DNA from: an archaeon
GTDB lineage: Archaea > Aenigmatarchaeota > Aenigmatarchaeia > Aenigmatarchaeales > JACQIB01
Length of the DNA stretch: 64,000 nt
NCBI GenBank assembly: GCA_035291225.1
Contig: DATDSO010000010.1
Location: 82,090 to 146,089 of the forward strand
Direction: 5' to 3'
Under the pieces are notes generated by a model, which did no database searches, was not told the DNA's origin, and saw only the letters and a program-made list of their open reading frames with translations. Position numbers and translations under genes: made by a program. Positions 16,469-26,626 of this stretch are shown one piece after another (position 1 is the stretch's first letter; each line of letters begins with the position of its first letter).

Positions 16469-19400
16469 ATGAATAATATTCCGAGCCTCCAAAATGCAAC
16501 TCTGATACACGCATTCGCGAAAGAGCTTGGCTTTGTTCGTTTTCAAATAGAAAGCTTCAATAATTTTATCGAAAGAAAAATCCAAAAAGTTTTTGATGAA
16601 ATCGGGAAGATTGAGCCGGAAGTTCCTGAAGTGGGGGAGCTTGTGATAAAATTCGGAAAAGCTTCTGTCGGCGAGCCATACGTCAGAGAAGCTGATGGAA
16701 CGCGAAGAACTTGGCAAAATGCCCAGTATTCTCCTGTGGAAGCAAGAGTAAGAGACCTCACTTATGCCGCGCCTGTTTATGTTGAAATGACTCCTATTGT
16801 TAACAAAGTTGAGCAGGAGCCTGTGCCAGTCCAGGTCGGAGATATTCCTGTTATGATAAAATCTGACATTGATCCAACCTCAAAACTTTCTAGGGAGGAG
16901 CTAGAAGCAATCGGCGAGGACCCACAAGATCCGGGGGGGTATTTTATAATTAACGGAACTGAAAGAGCTTTGATTTTAACAGAAGAAATTTCACCTAACA
17001 GAATAATTGTCGAAAAACAAAAAGTTGGAAATTTCACAGAAGCTCTTAGAATAAATTCGGAGCGCGGCGGCTATACACAACGCCATCTAATTGAAAGGAA
17101 AAATGATAGTTCAATTGTGATTTCTTTTGCAAACATACGCCGACTTCCTATAGTTGTTCTCTTAAAATCTCTTGGGCATGAAAGCGACAAGGAAATAATA
17201 GATTTGTTTAAAGGTTATGACCAGAGAATCGCACAAGAATTTTATGGAAATCTTTACGAAAGCGAAGTCAAATCTCATAAAGAAGCTCTCAATTATATCG
17301 CCACACATATGAAAATCGCAGAGGAACAATATAAAAGTGAGCGCGTTGAAAATATAATTGATAAATATCTGTTGCCGCATTTGGGCCAAGATTCGAAAGC
17401 AAGAAAGGTAAAAGCGAAATATCTTGCAATTGCAATAGAAAAAATAATTTCTTTAAGCACTGGAAAAACTGAAGAAGATGATATCGACCACTATGCAAAC
17501 AAGCGCGTGCGCATGGCTGGCGATATGCTTGAAACTTTATTCCGCTCGATTTTAGTCGGAAGATGGGGACTCATTACAAGAATAAAATACAATTATCAGA
17601 AAATGGCAAAGCGTGGCAAGCTTCCTCCTGTTCAAACAATTGTTGAAGCAAACGTGGTTAGTAACCAGATAAATTCTGCGATGGCAACTGGAACTTGGAC
17701 CGGCGGAAGAACTGGAGTTTCTCAAAAACTCGACCGCGCGAATTTCATCAAATCAATTTCTCATATGCGCATGGTCCTTTCTCCTCTCACAGCAACTCAG
17801 GAGCATTTCAAGGCAAGGGAACTTCATCCAACATTCTGGGGAAGATTTTGCCCAGCAGAAACTCCGGAAGGTCCTACCATTGGATTGAGAAAAAATTTAT
17901 CTTTGATGGCGCAGATTACAACAGGTATTTTGGAACAAGAGAAAGAGAAGTTCCTGAAATTTCTGAAGCTGAGGGAAGAGCCGCAAGAAGGTGACGCAAA
18001 AGTTATAATTAACGGGACTCCTGCAGGTTTCACCAACCCAGAGGTTGTTTCAGAAATCAGGAAACGCAGGCGGGCGGACATTCTTCCAAAAGAAATCAAC
18101 ACATCGTTTTATAGAGATACAAATGAAATAAAAATTGCCACAGATTCTGGCCGAGTCCGCAGGCCGCTGATTGTTCTGGAAAATGGCTCTCCGAAACTTA
18201 CTGAAGATGATATAAAAAAGATTGCTGCAGGCGAACTCACTTGGGTAGAAACCGTCAAGTCTGGGGCTATAGAATTTTTAGATGCGGAGGAGGAAGATGA
18301 GATGCTTGTAGCACTTTATGAAAAAGATATTACCCCGAAGCATACGCATTTGGAAATTTTACCGACGGCAATTTTAGGCTTGTCGGCCAGCTTACTTCCA
18401 TTCTCTCAACACAACAGAGGGGATAGAGTAAATTTCGGCGCAAAAATGATAGGGCAAGCAGTAGGCATATATTCTCCGAACTATTTTATGAGAACTGAAG
18501 CAAAATCAAATCTATTAATTTATCCACAGACGCCACTTGTTGAGACTGCCATGACTTCTGCTTCGGGGCTGCTCGAGCATCCGGCAGGCCAGAACATTGT
18601 CATCGCAGTTGCAACTTATCATGGATATAATATCAACGATGCAATTGTTTTTAACAAAGCCTCAGTTGAGCGTGGGCTCTTTCGTTCATTTTTCTACAGA
18701 GTTTATGGGACCGAACAACGCAGATATTGGGGAGGTCAGGAAGATAAAATTTGTGTTCCAGACAAAGATGTGCGTGGTTACCGCTCCGAGGAGGACTACA
18801 ACAGATTGAATGAAGATGGGATTATTGCTCCGGAAACTCCTGTTTTAGATGGAGATGTGTTGGTTGGAAAAATTTCTCCGATGAGATTCCTTTCTTCAAC
18901 TGAACTTATGGGCGGAATAGCAAACATGCGTGAAAGCTCGGTTACGATGGGTTTCGAACGCGGGGTTGTCGATAGGGTTTTTGTAACAGAAACTTTGAAT
19001 GGAACAAAACTTATCAAAGCAGTGGTGCGCGATCTGAGAGTTCCGGAAGTTGGAGACAAATTTGCTTCGCGCCACGGGCAAAAATCTGTTATCGGAATGA
19101 TAGCAAAAGAGGAAGATCTTCCATTTTCAGCGTCGGGCTATACTCCTGATTTGATTTTTAATCCTCATGGAATTCCATCACGTCAAACTATAGGACAGCT
19201 GCTGGAAATTTTAGCCGGCAAGTCCACGGCTTTCGATGGAAAAAAAATAGATGCAACAGCTTTCGGTAGTTTGACGGAGAAAGAAATTCGCAATCTTATG
19301 GCAAATTATGGCTTCAGGAGCGACGGAAAGGAAGTTTTCTACAATGGGATTACAGGGGAAAAAATGGAATTTGAAATTTTTGTCGGGCTTACTTACTATC

Positions 19401-19774
19401 AAAAATTAGACCATATGGTTGCAAATAAAATACAGGCGCGTTCGCGCGGTCCGGTAACTTTGCTAACGCGCCAGCCGACTGAAGGAAAAGCAAAAGAAGG
19501 TGGAATAAGATTTGGAGAAATGGAAAAGGACTGTTTGATTGCGCACGGTGCTGTTCTGACTCTCAAAGAAAGATTTGATTCTGATAAAGTCAGTGTTCCT
19601 ATTTGCAGGAAATGTGGAGTGACTGCTGCATGGGACAAACAAAAAGATCAACACGTCTGCCCGCTTTGCAGGGACACTGATGTTGCGATAGTTGATATGA
19701 GTTACGCTTTCAAACTTTTGCTTGATGAATTAAAAGCGCTGCTAATTTACCCAAAAGTTGTGGTGGTTGGTTAA
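16469..19774 (+). CDS. rpoB: DNA-directed RNA polymerase subunit B (unsplit).
   Basis: 1101 aa with universal Rpb2 blocks (GEMERD-like GEMEKD, the C-terminal Zn ribbon CRKCG...CPLC). Confidence 0.97.
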   Translation: MNNIPSLQNATLIHAFAKELGFVRFQIESFNNFIERKIQKVFDEIGKIEPEVPEVGELVIKFGKASVGEPYVREADGTRRTWQNAQYSPVEARVRDLTYAAPVYVEMTPIVNKVEQEPVPVQVGDIPVMIKSDIDPTSKLSREELEAIGEDPQDPGGYFIINGTERALILTEEISPNRIIVEKQKVGNFTEALRINSERGGYTQRHLIERKNDSSIVISFANIRRLPIVVLLKSLGHESDKEIIDLFKGYDQRIAQEFYGNLYESEVKSHKEALNYIATHMKIAEEQYKSERVENIIDKYLLPHLGQDSKARKVKAKYLAIAIEKIISLSTGKTEEDDIDHYANKRVRMAGDMLETLFRSILVGRWGLITRIKYNYQKMAKRGKLPPVQTIVEANVVSNQINSAMATGTWTGGRTGVSQKLDRANFIKSISHMRMVLSPLTATQEHFKARELHPTFWGRFCPAETPEGPTIGLRKNLSLMAQITTGILEQEKEKFLKFLKLREEPQEGDAKVIINGTPAGFTNPEVVSEIRKRRRADILPKEINTSFYRDTNEIKIATDSGRVRRPLIVLENGSPKLTEDDIKKIAAGELTWVETVKSGAIEFLDAEEEDEMLVALYEKDITPKHTHLEILPTAILGLSASLLPFSQHNRGDRVNFGAKMIGQAVGIYSPNYFMRTEAKSNLLIYPQTPLVETAMTSASGLLEHPAGQNIVIAVATYHGYNINDAIVFNKASVERGLFRSFFYRVYGTEQRRYWGGQEDKICVPDKDVRGYRSEEDYNRLNEDGIIAPETPVLDGDVLVGKISPMRFLSSTELMGGIANMRESSVTMGFERGVVDRVFVTETLNGTKLIKAVVRDLRVPEVGDKFASRHGQKSVIGMIAKEEDLPFSASGYTPDLIFNPHGIPSRQTIGQLLEILAGKSTAFDGKKIDATAFGSLTEKEIRNLMANYGFRSDGKEVFYNGITGEKMEFEIFVGLTYYQKLDHMVANKIQARSRGPVTLLTRQPTEGKAKEGGIRFGEMEKDCLIAHGAVLTLKERFDSDKVSVPICRKCGVTAAWDKQKDQHVCPLCRDTDVAIVDMSYAFKLLLDELKALLIYPKVVVVG

Positions 19775-19776
19775 TT

Positions 19777-22236
19777 ATGACTTACATAAAAGAGATTGAT
19801 TTTTCATTGATATCCCCGGCGATGCTAAAGAAAATCGCGGCCACAGAAATAACAAAGGCTGACATCTATGATAACGACGGATTTCCGATAGACGGTGGCG
19901 CAATGGATCCGAAACTCGGCATCGTTGATCCCGGAATGCGCTGCCGCAGCTGCGGACTAAATGTCGGACAGTGCGTGGGGCACTTCGGCTATATTGATTT
20001 GGTTCGGCCGATTTATCACGTCCTTTATGTAAAACTTATTTACAAAATTTTAAAAAATATTTGTTTAGCCTGCTCACGCTTAGCCTCTGGAACAAAATGC
20101 GCAAGCTGCGGGACGGAACAGAAAAAAATCCGGTTTGAAAAACCTTATACTTTCTATGAAGATGATAAACAGCTCAGCGGACTGCAAGTGAGAGAGCGCT
20201 TCGAAAAGATTTCTGATGATGATGCTCTTACGCTAGGAATTAAAGGCGGGAGACCGGAATGGCTTATTCTGACTTTGTTCCCTGTCCCTCCTGTAATTTC
20301 TCGTCCTTCAATAACTTTAGAAACAGGAGAGCGCAGCGAAGACGATTTGACCCACAAGCTTGTTGATATAATCAGAATCAATCAGAGGCTCAGGGAAAAT
20401 TTGGGAATCGGCGCGCCAGATTTTATTATTGATGACTTATGGGAACTTTTGCAGTACCATACCGCAACTTTCTTTGATAATGAACTTGCTGGCCTGCCTG
20501 CGGCGCGCCACCGCTCCGGCAGACCTTTGAAAACTTTGGCAGATAGATTAAAAAGCAAGGAGGGTAGATTCCGCCAAAATTTAGCAGGTAAGCGTGTTAA
20601 TTATTCTGCGAGAACTGTTATCTCTCCTGACACTCATTTGAGTATCGACGAAGTTGGCGTGCCACTTCAAGTTGCCCAAGAGCTTACAATTCCGGTTTAT
20701 GTGCGCGAACATAATATTGAAGAAATAAAAAAACTTTTGGCTATTGCTCCAATATGGCCAAGCGCAAACTATATAGTGCGCCCAGATGGAAAGAGGAAAA
20801 AAATTACAATTGAAAATCGTGAAGAGGTTATAAAGGAAATTTCACCGGGCTATATTGTTGAGCGCCATTTGCGAGATGGAGATGTTGTTCTTTTCAACAG
20901 GCAACCGTCTCTACATAGAATGAGCATAATGGCTCATCGTGTGCGTGTGCAGCCATGGAGAACTTTCACTTTGAATATTCCAGTTTGCCCGCCTTACAAC
21001 GCCGACTTCGATGGCGATGAAATGAATGTCCACGTTCCGCAGACAGATGAAGCGCGGGCGGAAGCAGAACTTTTGATGGGCGTGCAGAAGCATATCCGTT
21101 CTCCGAGATTTGGGGGTCCGATAATCGGATGCGAGCAGGACCATATTTCCGGATGCTACTTACTGACGAAATCTGAAACAGAAATCCCATCAGAGACAGC
21201 ATTCCAGCTACTCGCAGAAATTGGCATTGATCCTCAAATTCCAAAAAAGAAAAATATTACAGGCAAGGAAATTTTTTCAGGAATACTTCCGAAAGGGTTG
21301 AACATTGAATTCCGCGCAAAGGTCTGCAGCTGCGACAAAGGCTTCAAAGGCACATGCCCGAATGACGGCCATGTCGTTATCAAGAATGGCAAACTTGAAT
21401 CTGGGGTGATAGACAAAAACGCAATCGGACGCGAAGCAGGAAAATTGATTGATGTCATCGAGCGCTTATACGGAAGCGAGGAAGCGAAGAATTTCATAAA
21501 TAGGGTTTCTCTTCTAGGAATAAAATGGCTGGAGAAGGTTGGATTTACAATCGGCTTGGATGATGGCGAACTTACAGACGATGTCAGAAAAAAAATCAAC
21601 GAAGCCATAATGAAAGGGTATGAGGAAGCAGAACAACTTATAAAACTTTACCGAGGGGGGAAAGTTGAGCTGATGCCGGGAAGAGATATGAAAGAAAGTT
21701 TTGAGATTCAGATAAGAAATATTCTGTCTAATACTAGCGATGCTGTAGGAAAAATCGTTAAAAACAATTTGAAAGAAAGTCCAATTGTTATTATGGGTAA
21801 GACTGGAGCAAGAGGGAGTATAAACCACATTTCTCAACTTACTGGTGTTGTTGGTCAAGAGCACGCTCTTGGAGAAAGAATTATGAGAGGCTACCATGGC
21901 CGCACGCTATCTCACTTTTTGGTTGGGGATCTCGGACCGGCTGCACACGGTTTTGTGGCAAGTTCTTTCAAAATCGGTCTGAATCCATTTGAATTCTTTT
22001 TCGATGTTCTCTCTGGTAGAGAAGGTCTTATGGACAAATCTTTGAGAACTCGCCACAGCGGATATCTGGAGCGCAGGCTTATCGGAGCTTTGCAGGACTT
22101 GAAAATTGAATATGACGGCACTGTTCGCGATAACAGAAAAATTATAATTCAATTCTGTCCTGGAGAAGATGGAATAGATCCATCCAGATCTGACTGGGGA
22201 AAGATTGATATAAAAAGAATTGCTGCTGCTATTTAG
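19777..22236 (+). CDS. rpoA1: DNA-directed RNA polymerase subunit A' (N-terminal two-thirds of Rpb1).
   Basis: Zn ribbons CRSCG...C are present. The NADFDGDEMNVHVPQ catalytic motif is present. It ends where A'' begins. Confidence 0.97.
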   Translation: MTYIKEIDFSLISPAMLKKIAATEITKADIYDNDGFPIDGGAMDPKLGIVDPGMRCRSCGLNVGQCVGHFGYIDLVRPIYHVLYVKLIYKILKNICLACSRLASGTKCASCGTEQKKIRFEKPYTFYEDDKQLSGLQVRERFEKISDDDALTLGIKGGRPEWLILTLFPVPPVISRPSITLETGERSEDDLTHKLVDIIRINQRLRENLGIGAPDFIIDDLWELLQYHTATFFDNELAGLPAARHRSGRPLKTLADRLKSKEGRFRQNLAGKRVNYSARTVISPDTHLSIDEVGVPLQVAQELTIPVYVREHNIEEIKKLLAIAPIWPSANYIVRPDGKRKKITIENREEVIKEISPGYIVERHLRDGDVVLFNRQPSLHRMSIMAHRVRVQPWRTFTLNIPVCPPYNADFDGDEMNVHVPQTDEARAEAELLMGVQKHIRSPRFGGPIIGCEQDHISGCYLLTKSETEIPSETAFQLLAEIGIDPQIPKKKNITGKEIFSGILPKGLNIEFRAKVCSCDKGFKGTCPNDGHVVIKNGKLESGVIDKNAIGREAGKLIDVIERLYGSEEAKNFINRVSLLGIKWLEKVGFTIGLDDGELTDDVRKKINEAIMKGYEEAEQLIKLYRGGKVELMPGRDMKESFEIQIRNILSNTSDAVGKIVKNNLKESPIVIMGKTGARGSINHISQLTGVVGQEHALGERIMRGYHGRTLSHFLVGDLGPAAHGFVASSFKIGLNPFEFFFDVLSGREGLMDKSLRTRHSGYLERRLIGALQDLKIEYDGTVRDNRKIIIQFCPGEDGIDPSRSDWGKIDIKRIAAAI

Positions 22237-22245
22237 GTGATAAGT

Positions 22246-23388
22246 ATGACAACTCTAAAAGAACTTGAAGAAACATTTCCTGAAAAAGTAATGGGTGAAC
22301 TGAAAGAAAATTTGAAAGGGATGGGCGAGAAAGAAAAGGAATTATTAATAAAAAAGTTTTTGGAAGTTTACTCGCGCAGCAAATTCGAGCCCGGCGAAGC
22401 AACAGGAATTATTGCAGCTCAAAGCATTTCCGAGCCTGCGACACAAATGACAATGCGAACATACCACGCGGCCGGCGCTGCAGCTGTGCAGGTTACTTTA
22501 GGCTTGCCTCGATTGGTGGAAATTTTTGATGCGAGAAAAGCTCCGACAACTCCTGCGATGATAATTCATCTACAAAAATCTTACAACACGCGCGAGAAGG
22601 CAGCAAAGATTGCTTCGGAAATCCGCGAAGTTCTTCTAAGTGACATATCATCTTCTGCTTCGATTGATTTGCTTAACCAGCAAATAGAAATTAATTTAGA
22701 TTCGAAGCAAATACGTGATGCGGGTGTGCGCGAATCTTCGATTGTGGATTCCCTTCGCGAACAGCTGAAGGGTGGGCCGGGTCTGCAGCATAGGGGAGAA
22801 AGAATTTATATAAAACCAAAATCTGAACTGACAGTAAAGGAAATGCAAAAGCTTCGTGGAAAGATTTTGGATGTGCACGTGAAAGGGCTAAAAGGAGTTA
22901 CGCACGCTGTTGTGAATCAAAAAGATAATGAATGGATTATTGCAACTTTGGGTAGCAACCTCGCAAAAGTTTTGGAAGTGGATGGAATCGATGCTGTCAG
23001 AACAACAACAAACAACATCCATGAGGTTGAAAGGGTTCTTGGAATAGAAGCTGCGCGCACAACAATTATCAATGAGGCTCTTAACACCTTGAAAGAGCAG
23101 GGTTTGGATGTCGATGCTAGGCATGTCATGCTGACTGCCGATGTTATGACAGTTGATGGAACAATAAAAGCAATTGGAAGATACGGAGTTGCCGGTTCAA
23201 AAGGCTCTGTTTTGGCGAGGGCTAACTTTGAGGAAACCATAAAGCACTTGACAAGAGCTGCTGCAACTTCAGAAGTTGATCACTTGGAGAGCATTGTAGA
23301 AAATGTGATGATAAACCAAGTTGTGCCTGTTGGCACTGGAATGTTTGATCTGACTTTCAAAATGCCGAGCAGGAAAAAGTCTGAGTAA
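22246..23388 (+). CDS. rpoA2: DNA-directed RNA polymerase subunit A'' (C-terminal third of Rpb1).
   Basis: Trigger-loop and bridge-region homology (GEPATQMTMRTYHAAG). A GGTGA SD lies 6 nt upstream of the ATG at 22246. Confidence 0.95.
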   Translation: MTTLKELEETFPEKVMGELKENLKGMGEKEKELLIKKFLEVYSRSKFEPGEATGIIAAQSISEPATQMTMRTYHAAGAAAVQVTLGLPRLVEIFDARKAPTTPAMIIHLQKSYNTREKAAKIASEIREVLLSDISSSASIDLLNQQIEINLDSKQIRDAGVRESSIVDSLREQLKGGPGLQHRGERIYIKPKSELTVKEMQKLRGKILDVHVKGLKGVTHAVVNQKDNEWIIATLGSNLAKVLEVDGIDAVRTTTNNIHEVERVLGIEAARTTIINEALNTLKEQGLDVDARHVMLTADVMTVDGTIKAIGRYGVAGSKGSVLARANFEETIKHLTRAAATSEVDHLESIVENVMINQVVPVGTGMFDLTFKMPSRKKSE

Positions 23389-23411
23389 AGCTATTTATGT
23401 GAGTTCTGCTA

Positions 23412-23687
23412 TTGATTATTATGCCTCTTGAGATTGATTTGAAAGCCGCGCTGGGAAAAAATCTGGTGAGCTTGGGAGCGCGCGTTTCAGAAAAGTTAGC
23501 AAGAAAAGGAGAAGCAAATTTTATTGTTGCAGCAAGCAACTGCCCTGAGGAAATTTTGAATGATTTGAGAAAAACTTCAGTAAAGGTAGAAACTTTTTCC
23601 GGAACAGGCAAGCAACTGGGGATTTTTTGCGGGAAACCTTTTCCGGTTGCGGCACTTGCTGTTAAGGTTGAGAAAAAAAAGAAATAA
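23412..23687 (+). CDS. rpl30e: Ribosomal protein L30e.
   Basis: About 90 aa. The segment KGEANFIVAASNCPEEILNDL is typical of L30e. Its position after rpoA'' is conserved in archaea. Confidence 0.8.
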   Translation: MIIMPLEIDLKAALGKNLVSLGARVSEKLARKGEANFIVAASNCPEEILNDLRKTSVKVETFSGTGKQLGIFCGKPFPVAALAVKVEKKKK

Positions 23688-23704
23688 AAAATTTGTGATA
23701 AAAA

Positions 23705-24106
23705 ATGACTGGTAGAGAATTCGACAATGACACAATACTTTTGATAAATGCGTTTGAAAATATAACGGGCACAGAAGTCAGGGATTGCGTGAATAGCGAG
23801 CTGCTTTATTTTCTTGTTGCTCCCGGAAAGGCCGCGATTGCAATTGGCAAAGGCGGGGAGCATGTGCAGACTGCCGAGAAAATGCTGAAGAAGCAGATAA
23901 AAGTTCTGGAGTGGCACGAGGACGCGCGCGAGTTTGTGAAAAACCTTATACCCCAAGCCGATAAAATACAAATCAATGGCGAGGCCGCGGTTGTGCAGGT
24001 TGGAAAAAACAAGGGTGCTGTCATTGGCAGGGGTGGAGAAAATATCAAAGTTCTGAATGAATTTTTGCAGAGAAACTCACAAATAAAAGAGATTAAGGTT
24101 ATCTGA
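23705..24106 (+). CDS. nusA: Archaeal NusA-like transcription termination/antitermination protein (KH domains).
   Basis: Two KH-like GxxG motifs (IGKGGEHV, IGRGGENI). Its position after rpl30e is conserved. Confidence 0.8.
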   Translation: MTGREFDNDTILLINAFENITGTEVRDCVNSELLYFLVAPGKAAIAIGKGGEHVQTAEKMLKKQIKVLEWHEDAREFVKNLIPQADKIQINGEAAVVQVGKNKGAVIGRGGENIKVLNEFLQRNSQIKEIKVI

Positions 24107-24111
24107 TCTTT

Positions 24112-25278
24112 CTAAACCCCGACAGCATTAACGATGCCGGGCCCAACAAACAAAAACACAACAGCCAAAATTAAAATCCCAGAAACCGAGCGCACAATTT
24201 TTTCTGCACCTGCGCCAAAATATTTTTCCGCCACTGCGCGAAACATCAGCCCGCCATCCAGCGGATAAATCGGCAGAATATTGAAGATTCCCACAGCAAA
24301 AGCAAAGAGCCAAATCATTTGGAACAGCGCGCCCACGCTTCTCAAGTTTTCAGAGCCTGTTTTGAAAACTTCCGGCGCCTCAAAGAAAACTCCAACTCTC
24401 GGCTTCCCATTTTCAAAATTTGGCTTTACATAAAAAGTTTCTCCATCAGCTTTGAAAGCTATTGCATTTCCTTCTTTTATTTTTCCAACTTCTTCGGTAA
24501 AGAAAGCGCCGCCTGTCTGAGCATATTCCAGATAAGTTGGCACGATTTGCTTGCCATTCACTTCTGTGATTGTCATGTTAGCTTTCAATCCTGCCAGATT
24601 GGCCGGGCTTCCTTCTGTTACATTCAGAATTTTCATTTCTATTGAAGAATTTGTAACAGCAGGCCAAATCAGAAATGCAGAAAGCAAAAAGAAAATTATT
24701 GCTGTAAGGAAATTTGCAAACGAGCCTGCGGCAAAAATTCTCAGCTTCTCTTTTAAAGGCGCACGGTTTACCTGCTTGTCTTCGGGTTCAACAAAAGCTC
24801 CAGGGAAAATCGTGAACAATAAAAGCCCGACGGATTTCAATTTAATTTTCTGCGCGCGCGCAATCACACCGTGCATAAACTCATGCGGAATTAAAATTGC
24901 GCCTATTGTCAAAAACCAAAACCAGAATGGGATGTAAATTATTCCACCATCAACCGAGCCTTCCTTTGCTAATGTTGGAAAAACTAATTGGGCAGCAGGT
25001 TGCTTTATTTCTCCTGAAAGAATTTTGTAGTCCTGCTCAAGAACAGATAAAATTCCGAAAACCATTGCTAGTCCGCAAAGGAAAATCGCAAAAGTTCCGG
25101 CAGCTTTCCAAAATTCTGGCGAGAGCTGGGCGACTTTGTCAATTGTGTTCCTGAATCTTTTCGTGCGCCACAGATAAAGCAGGTAGTATTTTATTTCAAT
25201 ATTTTTTCTATGGGTGTAAATATGAATTCCGAGAAACAAAACAAAAACTAAAATTGAGAGCGTGTAAAAATCAACCAT
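24112..25278 (-). CDS. Site-2 protease family (M50) intramembrane metalloprotease with a PDZ domain.
   Basis: HExxH as HEFMHG in a TM helix. The second motif is NILPIYPLDGG. A PDZ-like segment NVTEGSPANLAGLKANMTITEVNGKQI is present. Confidence 0.8.
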   Translation of the reverse strand: MVDFYTLSILVFVLFLGIHIYTHRKNIEIKYYLLYLWRTKRFRNTIDKVAQLSPEFWKAAGTFAIFLCGLAMVFGILSVLEQDYKILSGEIKQPAAQLVFPTLAKEGSVDGGIIYIPFWFWFLTIGAILIPHEFMHGVIARAQKIKLKSVGLLLFTIFPGAFVEPEDKQVNRAPLKEKLRIFAAGSFANFLTAIIFFLLSAFLIWPAVTNSSIEMKILNVTEGSPANLAGLKANMTITEVNGKQIVPTYLEYAQTGGAFFTEEVGKIKEGNAIAFKADGETFYVKPNFENGKPRVGVFFEAPEVFKTGSENLRSVGALFQMIWLFAFAVGIFNILPIYPLDGGLMFRAVAEKYFGAGAEKIVRSVSGILILAVVFLFVGPGIVNAVGV

Positions 25279-25308
25279 GCGGAATTTTTCTTCTGGAGAT
25301 TTATAAGC

Positions 25309-25728
25309 TTATGAAATTTTTAAAACTGTTAAACTTTTCGTGCTTTCCACTCCTTCTATTGCACGGATTTTTTCTATTATACCATTAAAACTTTCCGCGC
25401 TGTCTGTTGAAACTTCAACAACAACATCTGTTTCCCCTGCGGTCTCGAAAACTTTTTTCACTCCAGAAATTTCAAGAAATTTTTTTACAACTTTTTCTGT
25501 TTGCACGCGCGGCAAAGTATTTACAAGAACAACTGCCGCAAAGCCTGCGCGCGTTGAGAGCTCAACTGTGAAGCGCTTGATTACTCCGGCTTTTTTTAAT
25601 TTTTCTATTCTCTGCCTGACTGTTCCTTCGGAAACTTTAAATTTTTTTCCCAGCTCTGCGTTTGTCTGCCATGCATCCCGCTCAAGCTCGCGCAGGATTT
25701 TTTGGCTTAGGTTTAGTTTTTCTTCCAT
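25309..25728 (-). CDS. Lrp/AsnC-family transcriptional regulator.
   Basis: N-terminal HTH (NAELGKKFKVSEGTVRQRIEKL) plus a C-terminal RAM domain. Confidence 0.85.
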   Translation of the reverse strand: MEEKLNLSQKILRELERDAWQTNAELGKKFKVSEGTVRQRIEKLKKAGVIKRFTVELSTRAGFAAVVLVNTLPRVQTEKVVKKFLEISGVKKVFETAGETDVVVEVSTDSAESFNGIIEKIRAIEGVESTKSLTVLKIS

Positions 25729-25865
25729 AGAATATCACGATTTTCGTATATTTATTAGCTTTTTCTATTTATAAGGTTTATTTCTAGTTGATATTATACA
25801 GAATAATTACTGAAAGCGAAAGTTTAAATAGGTTCAGTTGCAGATGAATTTTAGGTGATTAAAAT

Positions 25866-26057
25866 ATGAAAAATAATGGCGGACGAGTTGATATAAGTCC
25901 TGATGGAGATCGTGTTATAATAAGAAGACAAGGAAGCCTTCCGAGCACATATTGGAGAGAAAACAGAGGATTTTATTTGAAAGAATCTCATGTTGAAGGT
26001 GGCATGCATACAGGACTTTACGTTCCGATGTGGAACCCGAGCAATGGCGGCTGTTAG
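25866..26057 (+). CDS. Small hypothetical protein (63 aa), first of a cluster of small ORFs.
   Basis: GGTGA SD 8 nt upstream. Gly/Arg/Asp-rich. No known motif. Confidence 0.3.
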   Translation: MKNNGGRVDISPDGDRVIIRRQGSLPSTYWRENRGFYLKESHVEGGMHTGLYVPMWNPSNGGC

Positions 26058-26210
26058 ATGAATCCCATGATACCTGTTGTTGATGAAGATTATTTTGAGT
26101 GATTGAATGGCAAGCGAAAGAAGAACCACAAGCTTGGAAGAGAGTTGGCTGAATGCAGTTATGATAACTTTGCCAGAGGAAGATTGTAATAATTAATTTG
26201 GTGAAAAAAT

Positions 26211-26408
26211 ATGGCAGAACATGATGACAGAGGACCGGATCCAGGACCGCAGGAGCCAATAGGCATAAGCAACAGAAGGCCTGCTCCCAGAGTTTATGGA
26301 GGCGCCATGGTGTATGACGTGTTAGAGGATCTATTTCGGAGAGATGAACCAAGAGTTTATTTCGCGCGAGTTGGCCGCCAAGATTTGTGGCTCCTGAAAG
26401 TTAGGTGA
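26211..26408 (+). CDS. Small hypothetical protein (65 aa) of the MA-start family.
   Basis: GGTGA SD 8 nt upstream. The 5' end ATGGCAGAAC... is shared with neighbouring small ORFs. Confidence 0.35.
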   Translation: MAEHDDRGPDPGPQEPIGISNRRPAPRVYGGAMVYDVLEDLFRRDEPRVYFARVGRQDLWLLKVR

Positions 26409-26464
26409 AAAATATGATGCCAGAAATTGATGAAGATATTGGAGATTTTTGAGGGGATTTTTTT

Positions 26465-26623
26465 ATGGCAGGAAGAACGCCGATTGTAGAAGCAGAAGAA
26501 GGCTTTGATGGAAACGATGGAGATCCTCATGCGCCTGTTGGGCTTCCTGCATATGGAAGTTCAGGCGGGATAGGAGACTACTCTGCTGGCAACGGAGGAA
26601 CTGATGTGTACAACGAGATTTGA
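26465..26623 (+). CDS. Small hypothetical protein (52 aa, Gly/Asp-rich) that is not in the ORF track.
   Basis: ATGGCAGGAAGAAC start with a GAGGGG SD-like motif upstream. It translates to MAGRTPIVEAEEGFDGNDGDPHAPVGLPAYGSSGGIGDYSAGNGGTDVYNEI. Confidence 0.3.
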   Translation: MAGRTPIVEAEEGFDGNDGDPHAPVGLPAYGSSGGIGDYSAGNGGTDVYNEI

Positions 26624-26626
26624 AAA

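Noticed and set aside
16543-22152. Numerous 60-130-aa antisense or alternative-frame ORFs within rpoB/rpoA'/rpoA'' (e.g. 16777-17037, 20966-21244, 21514-21897).
   Set aside because: They are embedded in highly conserved RNAP coding sequence. No independent signals support them, and they are typical spurious antisense ORFs.
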